Below, piece by piece: positions 26,201-35,565 of a stretch of 64,000 bases of DNA (its first letter is position 1; each line of letters starts with the position of its first letter). The stretch is taken from positions 7,872,849-7,936,848 of the forward strand of contig CM082583.2 of assembly GCA_040954595.2 (NCBI GenBank). Reading direction: 5' to 3'. The position numbers and the translations under genes are program-made. The notes beneath the pieces are model-generated. The model worked only from the letters and a program-made list of their open reading frames with translations. It ran no database searches and was not told the origin of the DNA. This DNA comes from Balanoglossus misakiensis. Lineage: Eukaryota > Animalia > Hemichordata.

Positions 26201-28615
26201 ATCAGGTTTGACTGATGACGGCTACAGCAATATTTACTACAAGAACCAAACGCTGTGCGAGACAGTTGGTGGCAATCCATGTCCAGTACTTACAATTACG
26301 TCATATCCACTCTCAAGAGACAAAGAAGGCATAGAACAATTCAGTAAGTTCTGTTATTGTATCGTCAGGGCAGTGTAGTAGTCAGATAGCAAATGCCACA
26401 TAGTCCAGGGGTCATAGGTCACAATGGGTAACCTTTGCCCTGTAGTGACCTTTCCTGGAAAATTTTATATCAGTGTAACACTCACTGTTTCCTCCATTGT
26501 TCTTGAAATCATTTTCATAAATCCAACAGCTTGGATTTCAGACATGGTAAGCTATGTCATAATGAACAAAAACATTTGTTACAAGGTGATGGATGGTTCC
26601 TTAAAATTTTGTTCGTTTTATTTTCTTTCCACAGGAAGTCGCCCGTACATCTTTTTATCAGGGCGTGTCCATCCAGGTGAAAGCAATGCATCATGGGTAA
26701 TGAAGGGCTCTTTAAATTTCCTAATGAGTCGCCATTCCACAGCCCAGGCATTACGTGACGTCTACATCTTTAAGATTGTTCCCATGCTAAACCCTGATGG
26801 TGTCATCAATGGAAGGTAATTATTTTTATGTTGTAAAGAAGAAAGGAAACCACTATTATAGTCAGTCAAACACATTGATTTGTTTTGCAATCTGATCCAA
26901 TATGGCTGCCAGACAGCCTATTTTATACTTTTTAAAATTCTGATCCATTATTCAGACATATCTGGATCAATTCCATTCACACAAAGATAATGTACCATGA
27001 CATCACATATTTATATGCATGGGGCTATTTTATTGACAGTGCCTTCTAACTGGAAAGTGTGCAAATTGTTGCCTTTTATATTGCCCAAATACCTGAATGA
27101 AATATATCACAGAATATTAACTGAAATAAACTTGATGTTTTACTCTGCCATGTCTTGCAGCCATCGCTGTTCATTGAGCGGTGAAGACTTGAATCGGCGC
27201 TGGCTGGACACGAGCTCAGCTCTCCACCCAACAATCTATCACTCCAAGGGTCTCTTGCAATATCTACAACTAATCAACAAGTCGCCACTGGTGTACTGTG
27301 ACTACCACGGGCATTCTCGTCGGAAAAACGTCTTCATGTACGGCTGCAGCAGTGCCTTATCGTATTTGGCCGAAGACAATGCTACTGTTTCTAGTGGAAG
27401 CTCTGGATCCAGGGAAGATACCAGCTACAAGGTATATGGTGCTCTAGTTTATTTGTCTCCACAGCTGTATGCTAACAGGTTTTAAAACATAAATTTCAAG
27501 ACCCGACAAATTGATTTCCTGAAAGTCATTTCTCATTATGATCTTTGTACTCCAAACAGACTCTCCCCAAACTACTGTCCAACTCCCCAGCCTTCTCGCT
27601 CAACAACTGCAGTTTTGTGGTGGAGAAGTCGAAAGAAGCGACGGCCCGTGTGGTGGTCTGGAGGGAGATTGGCGTCTCACGCAGCTATACCATGGAAAGC
27701 ACATATTGCGGTTGCGATCAAGGCCCGTATAAGGTAAGGCCACAAGGTCAAAGAAAGGGTTGAATCGGTTAATGGATAACTGGGCATGCTATGCGCTAAT
27801 CATGAATAAAAGCAGAACTGGTAAACTTTTGAATATTGTGGTTTCAGATAGAATTCCGATTTCCCTCAGTGGGTTTATTATTTCAGTGTTAAAGGGAATG
27901 AACACCCAGTGTGTACAATGTAAATCACGAAAATCAGATTATGCAACATTTTGAGTATTGTTAATGATTTTTCGAACAGGCAAAGCTCATTCATCCAATA
28001 TCTGTTACAGGGTTATCAGATTGGAACACGGGAGCTGGAAGAAATGGGGCGCAAGTTCTGCGAGGCCTTGCTGAAACTGAAGAGGACAGGACAGCACATG
28101 AGACAACCGTCCAGTTCCAACAGCCTGACAACACTAGCAGCGCAGTCTGCTGACAATGACAGGTATAGGAACAATTGTTTGCTTTTCGCTGGAGACATGA
28201 AACAGTTGCATGAAGGGCATGCATGTAGACTGATGCGACCATTGTACCAGGGAAATGTTGAGCCCGGGGTGCCTGGAGAGTCCTGGGACTTCTGGATGAC
28301 TTTAGAGCGAATAAATCCTGCAGACGCATCTTGACCGTAACACGACTTCGTTTCGATTTCAGCTTCGAAGGAGACACTTGCGAGAAAACGCCACAGCAGC
28401 AGGGCGTCAGAATCGGAAGTGGCGGTTCTGCCAGTTTCCGCGACAACAGTAACGAGGACCCCGTCAGCGACGACGAGGAGAGCGAAGAGGACGAGGACGA
28501 GGAGGAATTCGACGAGGATTTCGAAGTCTATCAGCCGGTGGAGAGCCAGGAACCAGAAGCAGAACCGACCAAAGATGATGCGGAGGGGGAAGCGATATAC
28601 GAAGGAGATGGATGA
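5175..28615 (+). CDS. AGTPBP1: Cytosolic carboxypeptidase 1 (ATP/GTP-binding protein 1, Nna1; M14D tubulin deglutamylase), 23 coding exons, about 1323 aa
   Basis: Phase-consistent exon chain totalling 3972 nt. The N-terminal armadillo-like region resembles vertebrate CCP1 as recalled ([33 protein letters not shown]). Also [19 protein letters not shown], Zn ligands RVHPGESN and [17 protein letters not shown] and catalytic Glu in YTMES. Likely co-ortholog of AGTPBP1 and AGBL1. Confidence 0.95.
6424..6437. promoter_or_regulatory. RFX X-box motif in an AGTPBP1 5' intron
   Basis: GTTGCTATGGAAAC matches the X-box consensus GTTNCYATGGNAAC. Confidence 0.45.
12599..12717 (+). CDS. AGTPBP1: AGTPBP1 exon 2 ([13 protein letters not shown]...FVNTQ)
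   Basis: ttttcag / gtaggc, 119 nt. Confidence 0.85.
15805..15986. mobile_element. Short non-autonomous DNA transposon (MITE) with TTAA target duplication, Kolobok-like
   Basis: TTAA at 15801-15804 and 15987-15990; terminal inverted repeats AGGTATACAATCATC / GGTGACTGTATACCT (13/15 match). Confidence 0.7.
16122..16189 (+). CDS. AGTPBP1: AGTPBP1 exon 3 ([23 protein letters not shown])
   Basis: attag / gtaggt, 68 nt. Confidence 0.88.
16538..16742 (+). CDS. AGTPBP1: AGTPBP1 exon 4
   Basis: tttcag / gtaagt, 205 nt; ...[10 protein letters not shown]. Confidence 0.9.
17034..17165 (+). CDS. AGTPBP1: AGTPBP1 exon 5
   Basis: tacag / gtgagt, 132 nt; [14 protein letters not shown]. Confidence 0.92.
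18403..18496 (+). CDS. AGTPBP1: AGTPBP1 exon 6
   Basis: cacag / gtaagt, 94 nt; [12 protein letters not shown]. Confidence 0.88.
18598..18635 (+). CDS. AGTPBP1: AGTPBP1 exon 7
   Basis: cacag / gtgagt, 38 nt; [12 protein letters not shown]. Confidence 0.88.
18922..19068 (+). CDS. AGTPBP1: AGTPBP1 exon 8
   Basis: cacag / gtgagt, 147 nt; NSARAV...DWHRSD. Confidence 0.9.
19264..19338 (+). CDS. AGTPBP1: AGTPBP1 exon 9
   Basis: atcag / gtaagc, 75 nt; [16 protein letters not shown]. Confidence 0.9.
19473..19628 (+). CDS. AGTPBP1: AGTPBP1 exon 10
   Basis: ttcag / gtaaca, 156 nt; [10 protein letters not shown]. Confidence 0.92.
19872..19945 (+). CDS. AGTPBP1: AGTPBP1 exon 11 (acidic)
   Basis: ttcag / gtaatg, 74 nt; [24 protein letters not shown]. 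Confidence 0.85.
21622..21735 (+). CDS. AGTPBP1: AGTPBP1 exon 12
   Basis: tgcag / gtaaga, 114 nt; [13 protein letters not shown]. Confidence 0.88.
21903..22768 (+). CDS. AGTPBP1: AGTPBP1 exon 13 (large Ser-rich linker exon)
   Basis: tgcag / gtagga, 866 nt, inside ORF 21843-22772; ends [18 protein letters not shown]. Confidence 0.9.
24633..24797 (+). CDS. AGTPBP1: AGTPBP1 exon 14
   Basis: ttcag acceptor; [21 protein letters not shown]; donor AA|gtgtgt is weak but required by phase. Confidence 0.8.
24990..25080 (+). CDS. AGTPBP1: AGTPBP1 exon 15
   Basis: cgcag / gtgaga, 91 nt; [15 protein letters not shown]. Confidence 0.92.
25311..25467 (+). CDS. AGTPBP1: AGTPBP1 exon 16
   Basis: tgcag / gtaagt, 157 nt; HQWFYFEV. 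Confidence 0.93.
25679..25911 (+). CDS. AGTPBP1: AGTPBP1 exon 17
   Basis: aacag / gtatgt, 233 nt; YHYPYTYS. Confidence 0.93.
26181..26343 (+). CDS. AGTPBP1: AGTPBP1 exon 18
   Basis: tacag / gtaagt, 163 nt; [16 protein letters not shown]. Confidence 0.92.
26635..26815 (+). CDS. AGTPBP1: AGTPBP1 exon 19 (Zn-binding HPGE)
   Basis: cacag / gtaatt, 181 nt; [22 protein letters not shown]. Confidence 0.95.
27161..27431 (+). CDS. AGTPBP1: AGTPBP1 exon 20
   Basis: tgcag / gtatat, 271 nt; [18 protein letters not shown]. Confidence 0.94.
27560..27733 (+). CDS. AGTPBP1: AGTPBP1 exon 21 (catalytic Glu)
   Basis: aacag / gtaagg, 174 nt; [15 protein letters not shown]. Confidence 0.94.
28011..28162 (+). 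CDS. AGTPBP1: AGTPBP1 exon 22
   Basis: tacag / gtatag, 152 nt; [13 protein letters not shown]. Confidence 0.9.
28363..28615 (+). CDS. AGTPBP1: AGTPBP1 last exon (acidic tail)
   Basis: ttcag acceptor, phase 2, TGA ending at 28615. Confidence 0.8.
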
Positions 28616-30512
28616 GGATGCGTTACCATGGTTACCATGGGATGCGTCAAAGGGGAGAGGAGTTTTCTCTGCTGATGACAAAGCAGGGACAGCGTGACCG
28701 CTGTGCAATGGTCACTTGCCAAAGAAGACTACTGTAACCTGAATAAGTCAAAGACATATCATGTTGTGCGTTGTGGGTCGCATGTAGTCTTGGTTTTCGG
28801 GAGACATGCCTGCTCACACAGTGGACATTGTTTATTCGTATTTACTTATTGTATGTGATGTACAATCTTCTAACTTGTAGCATTTGAAACAACAGAGTAT
28901 AGGGCTGTAATATTTTTTGGTGTGATGGATTTGGTGGCGGATGGCACACAGAGTTCCTAAAATGGCATTGTACATATTGATTATTTCAGAACATGTCTGA
29001 CAGTGGCAATCACTTCTCAGGGATAATTTAGCTAGATTGATGAAGTGGTAATAATTCTTTGTGGTGGGAATCTTTTTTTTTTTATCGTTAGTTTGGTCCA
29101 TTCTGGAGCTTCGTCACTTGGCAGTGTCAAATCTCGCAATGATACTTTTGTGTTGATATGACCCTTCCTCTTCAACACTATGGGTTTTTTGCATCTGCAG
29201 AGTCAGATTTGTTGGAGTAGAATATTTTGATGTACTGATTTTTCAGTGAAGTTGGACAAGGAGGGGATTCTTTCTAATAGAGTCACAGCTTTGCCCTATT
29301 CAAACTTAATTTTATATTGAGTACATGGCTCTATTCGCTAAGAATGTTTTGTTCAGCTAAGTTGGTTTGTATTAGTTTTTATAAGTGTTTTCTTAATAAA
29401 TATGAAATATGTTTGTTACATTGTGTACCATGTACACAGAACAAATTGTGATTACATTTCGAGGTTGAATTTACATTGAAATCTCCAAAAATGTAAATAA
29501 TTCATCAAAGGCGAGATTTCTTCAAAAATACATATCTGATATAAGCAATGAATGTGTCAAGCTGAATCTTGAATCAAACATCAAATAAAAACGAGCAAAT
29601 GGAACAAGTTAGACCCACTGTTACATTTATAGAAATATTTTGTACATTATTTTATGTTCTCACTCCAAAGTAACATTTCTGTGCAATGTTTTCACATGGT
29701 CACCATAGTTACATAGGATAGGACAGAGCCGTGCAAGCCTTAACTGCCAAAGTTTTGTGATAGGCATATCCAATCCATACACACATTATTTGTGCATTGT
29801 TCAAGCATACTGAATAAAGCAAAAACATATTTTAAGCAACGAGGTATCATGCATTGGTTATGACTTTAAAGAAGATTTATCCCATTCGTTTTTGCTCCAT
29901 CGTATTTGTTGGAAATAACCAGACAGCATTTTTTTGTTCCCATTTCCAAGCTGGCTGTGCCTTTAGCAGTGATTCATGCAAAATGAATACAAGGCAAAAA
30001 AGAGGCCCAATAATTGGATATGCCAGATAACGTGCCATGGTTTGGGGTTGTGTACTGTTATGCTTTATTTGCCACAAATTGTTAACAGGTGTGAGAATTA
30101 ATATTTTTGTTTTATTTCATTAATAACATCCTCGGAGAGTGATAATCACGAGGTTGTGCATGCTTTTACCAAGTGGTGCTTTGCTGTAAATGCTAACATG
30201 TTTTTAGAATATTTTGACTTACAAATCGTACAATCACATGAAATGCCAAACATTATTGAAAAGAGCCAAAGTTGATTTAAAACTTCTTTTTGCTTTGTAT
30301 ACGTTGTCTCTTTGCTACAGTTGTCATAGTTTGTGAAATTTGCATGTCATACTGAGACTGCTCTGTTTGTACTTATCACAAGCAGGTGATCGTTTGTTGA
30401 TTATCTGTGATTTTTATTCGGAAAATGTCTAAAGTTTGGTAAATACATGTAGCATCAAAGGGGTGCCAAGATTTTTTCTGCTGTAAAGTCTGGTCATGTT
30501 CTACGATTATTA

Positions 30513-30518
30513 AATAAA
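30513..30518 (+). terminator. Candidate distal poly(A) signal of AGTPBP1
   Basis: AATAAA overlapping ATTAAA, followed by GT-rich sequence; other AATAAA near 29395, 29584 and 29813. Confidence 0.4.
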
Positions 30519-32451
30519 TTAATTATAAACATACAGATAATGCTTTGTTGGATTGATGATTTCCTTGTGGGTGTTATAGGCCTTCTGACAGAAACTGTTC
30601 GTTCGTGAACCAACATTTGAATTTACTGATTGCCATGAGATGCCTACAAAAACATGACCAACGACACTTAACTATTCCTCGTGTCTGTGACTTCGGCCAA
30701 CAAAAACAAAAAGAACACACATTCAGTTTTACGAACATATATTTTCCAGAAGCATACATGTTTTAAGACGTTTTTACATGAATAATAATTATACTATCAA
30801 GTATATTATCAAGTAGATGTCATTCACAATGCAGACATCACAGAGAACACCGTCGCCCTGGGCCTTATCACGGATGACCTCCAGGATAGCCTTCTTGATA
30901 ATCTCCTGATAAAACAAGACGTCATACACCGAGAGATATTTCAGGTGTACTTCCTTGCCACAGGGAAATCGGATATATTTCTATTAGCAGCTCGCTAAAT
31001 CTCTCTGGAGCTGTGACTTTCATGACTATGTTATATTAAAAGCGTACGTGACAACAGATGTGTTTTGACGTAATTGCTGGAGGCGCCACAAGGTATCAAA
31101 ATGGCTGAGACACCTCAAAGGCAAGGCACAAGCATCAACACACGCCAACGTTTATCCATACACAAATCTTATCCAGCCTAAGTGTGTGAGAGAGAGAGAG
31201 GGATTAATCTTAAACGTGCTTCCATTGGAGTAGATCCATCAAGCTTTTAAAAGCATTCAAATTTCTCTGTTCTGGATCAGCTTCTTTTTTATCTTAACAT
31301 GCGACAATTTGTGCTAAAAAATCCTGCCAACCCAGGCCCTGGCCTATGGGCTCACCAACATTCTTTGCCAGACCAGACTTCGCACGCCCCCACCCCCATT
31401 CTCTTCTAACAACCTGTACTTTACTGGGAGAGGTGACCAGTCTCATTTTCCTTCTACTTTTAGAATTATTTGGTTCTCTCACTCTTTGCCTTAACTCTTT
31501 TAAAGCTTTGTACCTTGAGCCTGGCAATTGTTTTAGCAGAAGAAAGTTCAAGACGTGCCTGAAATTATTTTAATTCAGCCAACCCGTCAAACACTAGGTA
31601 TGTCCCCCGCCTATGGGCATTATGAGTGGCGCCCCCAACGGACAAATCCCTCTGTCAAACTCACCACTGGAAAAAACACTATCACCCGGGAAATAAAGTC
31701 GATATTAAATGTCACAGCACTCTGATCACTATGTGGAGCTACTATATTCGTTCCAGTGACCTGGTAAGGAGTACCATGCCCAGAGAGTGACTGTCACGAA
31801 AATATCGACTTTCTGCTGAACCATGCAAAGTTCGATTGCTGATGCCAGTGATGGGCAATTCTACAACAGGAACAATGAAAGTTCTGGGAAATATCCGGCG
31901 TCGTCGCACCAGTAACCAACTCAGAATATAACGGGAGAAACACTAGCTCTCCTGGTACAACCAAAGATCTACGGTTGAAATGTTCCTTGCGACTTCTGAT
32001 GTCTTTATCGTCCACCAGGCGTGCCAATCCAACGAGAGAGAACTTTCCATCATGGCGTCATAACGTGCATGACGTCACCACACAAGAATGCTGGGAAATT
32101 TTTTTTTGTTTTATGATTTGATCTATATTAAGAGTGCATGCTCATTTAAATGTGACAAAGAACAGATAAAACATACGTTTATATTGATTACAGAAACAAT
32201 ACAGGTCTAAAACAGTAAGGAGATGTCTAGACCCTCTCACAGCCCACGGTTTGCTATAACAAGGCTTTTCACTCACTCGCCCTCAACCGTTTAGCAAAGG
32301 AGAAGCACCATGTGATTTTGCATTGTTTAGAAAAATATCACACTTTCTGGACATGAATTTACAATTAATTTTTGCAATTTCCACACGCACCAAAATCCCA
32401 CTGACTCAAGAAATATAAACCACAGGACACACTCGTGCAGTTTGTGAATTA

Positions 32452-32457
32452 TTTATT
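32452..32457 (-). terminator. Candidate poly(A) signal of the Trk 3' UTR
   Basis: AATAAA on the minus strand (tttatt), with further copies near 32515 and 32526; implies a 3' UTR of about 2.9 kb. Confidence 0.4.
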
Positions 32458-35373
32458 TTATACATGACCCAACATAAAATCGGATACACTTTACTGTCAC
32501 TTAAAGTTGTGTACTTTATTTTTCTTTTATTGGTACATGTACACATATAACAGGATATTGGAAAAATGAGATTAATATATTTATATATATATTAGAGCTA
32601 ATGACAATATTACACACGATAAAAATATATTCATTGCAACTTTTGAGTCGAGAGTAAATGCTATTTGACTTCGCAAACAATACATACTACAGGGCTTTAA
32701 AACTGTTATTATCAGAGACAGGACGGGACCCATCAAGTAAAATGGGCAATGAAAAACCTGACAATTCATTCAGTAGAATTTGCAGACGGTCAATAAAATA
32801 GCTATAACGCAGGCGATTGTACCATCACCCGGCTACTGGATTTCTACCGCGGTTGCAAACGGGGTGGTGAAAATATCAACAATGAACACTTGTATTCATT
32901 ACACAAATGTTTGAATCTAAAGATCGGTGCTTGTAGCGATGAAGTTAGAATGTCGAGTGAAAAACGCGATGCCTATTCGTTCGATGGTCCGCAAAAGAGA
33001 GTTGACAAAAAATAACAGCTCAACCGGCATCGAGGCGAAACAAATAGTTGACCAACACAGTCATTGTTTTGGCAATACACTTGCTTCAGAAACAAATCTT
33101 TAAAAACGTGGACTTGTTTTGAGAAATTTAACTGAGTCAATTTGCATTAAAAGCATTTTGAGATGTAGAACAAAATAGAAATCATGCCGCATGGGAACAC
33201 TTTCCAAAATTTATAATAAAATGAAATGGTGAGTTGTTATTAAAACTGTATTAAAACTGTTCGCTACAAAAATAAATTTAAAATCCGTATAATTTTTAAA
33301 GCAAAAGCCGGTTTAACATGCGGTCATTGTAGGTCAGTTGGTCCTACACACGTTGGTCATTTACTCCTGTGGAGATCCATATAAGAGCACCACTTCATCT
33401 TATCCATCGAATCCTACTTCAATCATCACATGTTTTTTTCTATTGTGGCTCCGAGTACGTTTGCCGAAGTTTTAAGTTTGATCCAGTCACGACATTTTTC
33501 CAAAAATGACAGATATTTATACATGTAAAACACAAATGTTACATTACAAAATCGTCTTGTTAGGGATTATTTTACTCAAACAACACCAGGGGCCGGCAAC
33601 TGACAAAGCGTCTTGGGAAAATAGGTGTACATGTAGATAACGAGAGTTCAGTCAAAGGTCACCCTGTTGCAGAAACAACGAAAAAAGCACAGTCCTATGA
33701 TTGATGAGGTAGATTTCTACTAGTCTCTTCGTTTAAATAGATCACATTTCTATATAATAGATTAGCTATTCAGTTTTACAAATTTCTGAAGATAGGAACG
33801 TCGCCCGCAACGCTGTCATGTTTTTATAGACGTTTTGTGTGAACAGACACATAAAATCTGTACAATTTTTTTTTGTCTTTTTAAAATCCTATGTACACCA
33901 CGACTGAACGTTAAGTCCACCTTTCACTGCTCCTTCGATCCGAATGATGACTTCGCACATGGACAGTCGATGTTGCTGACTATGCGACCACACACATCAT
34001 GGCTGATGGCGTACGGCACTAAAGGCAGCCGTACAAACATGATCCGCCATGACGGCCATGCGCGTGCAACCCGTTTACCCAGTTCAAAACTCTTCATGTT
34101 GAAACGAACAGAAAGAAAAATGCACAAGAGCATTTAAACATATACATATCTAGTATTGGTGTTTCAAATTGTCACAGTGATAGAATTCAAACGACGTCAA
34201 CAAATACAGCACGTTGTGACGGACGAACTAGGCGGGAAAATATTACAGTTGTGTCACAGATAAGAAAACTTTCTCAAACAAGGGGGTAAGAAGGTTCAAG
34301 TAGTTTTGGCGTCTCTCCCTTCCTCGACACATTTAAAGACAAAATATCAAGTTACACCTGTTAACTGATAGCAAAATCTTCAAAACATTGTACTCCAAGT
34401 CGAAGAAAAATGATAATTATACTTTCTCAAAAGTTGTGTCTACAAAAACAGGGTGCTGCGCTCGACAGAGGTCATCCGAGTTTAAAACACAGGAAGCGTT
34501 TTTCTGGCACAAAATCTTTGCTGACTGGCGACGCGGAAACAAGAAAAGGCAGTCTCTACGTAATAGGCTTTCTTTGTTCCCGGCCATGGAACTGTATCTT
34601 CTTCGATCAAGCCTTGTATATATCGCTCAACACACTCAATATTTTTTTCCACATTCTGTAATTGCAATCTACCTGCAAATGACCATGCCACTCTCCTGTA
34701 AATAATCTGTGACAAATGAACGTCAAACTCTACCCAGACAATTCCCAGTAAATGCATTCATTTGTTGGACAGATTCATGGTTGACACATTAGTGACATAC
34801 AATCTGATCGTGTGAATATTGTCGAGTTTGGCTGTACAAATTCAAGCCCATCGCTTCTCCCTTTCAGACACATATACATTTTTTGTCGTCATACAAAAAT
34901 ATTTTACATTTACAATTTCTACTCTTAGTGGTGATTATATTACACAGACATGTCAGATAGGACTATTAATACAAACGATTTATGGTATATGTTATCAAAA
35001 TCAAGTTGTCTGTTGTTGTTTTCAGCTGTCCAAACGCTCGCAAGCACAAGGTTAAGGAGTATTTGAAACCCCTTCCAAAAAAATAAATACAAGGGCAAAC
35101 CTAACCTGAACCATATTCCGAAGACGGCTAAACGTCCACTGGTCGTCAGAGAAACCATATTTCCAACTTGATTGACATGACAATATAATGGCATAACTAT
35201 GTAAAGAAATTTACACTTTGTGACATTCCTTGATAAGCACCAAAAATCTGTACAAACGCAAGGTTTTTTTTGTCGAAAAAAAGTCTCTTGCGGTCTCTTG
35301 AAAGGAAGGCAGATTGCCTTTTGAAATCTCCACACACGCGCCTGCAATAAATCAACTCCCTCCCGACGCTCCA

Positions 35374-35565
35374 TCAATCGGTGTACAAGTCTGTGTACTC
35401 CGCCGGCCCTGTTTCACACATTTTCTTCAGACGATCGTGGATCTCTTTGATTGGCAGTCTCTTGTTGGGCTGTCGTTGCCAGCAGCCGAGTATGATTTTG
35501 TACACTTCCTTCGGGCAGGCCGGAGGACAGTCAAGGAGAGTGCCATTCTTGATGTACTCTATCAC
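35374..35565 (-). CDS. NTRK: Trk last exon (kinase C-terminus, ...AEYTDLYTD*)
   Basis: ttccag acceptor, 192 nt, within ORF 35374-35658. Confidence 0.92.
   Translation of the reverse strand: MIEYIKNGTLLDCPPACPKEVYKIILGCWQRQPNKRLPIKEIHDRLKKMCETGPAEYTDLYTD

Noticed and set aside
27991-28722. 230-aa and 151-aa minus-strand ORFs
   Set aside because: Antisense shadows of the last two CCP1 exons; the hydrophobic run is the reverse complement of Glu/Asp codons.
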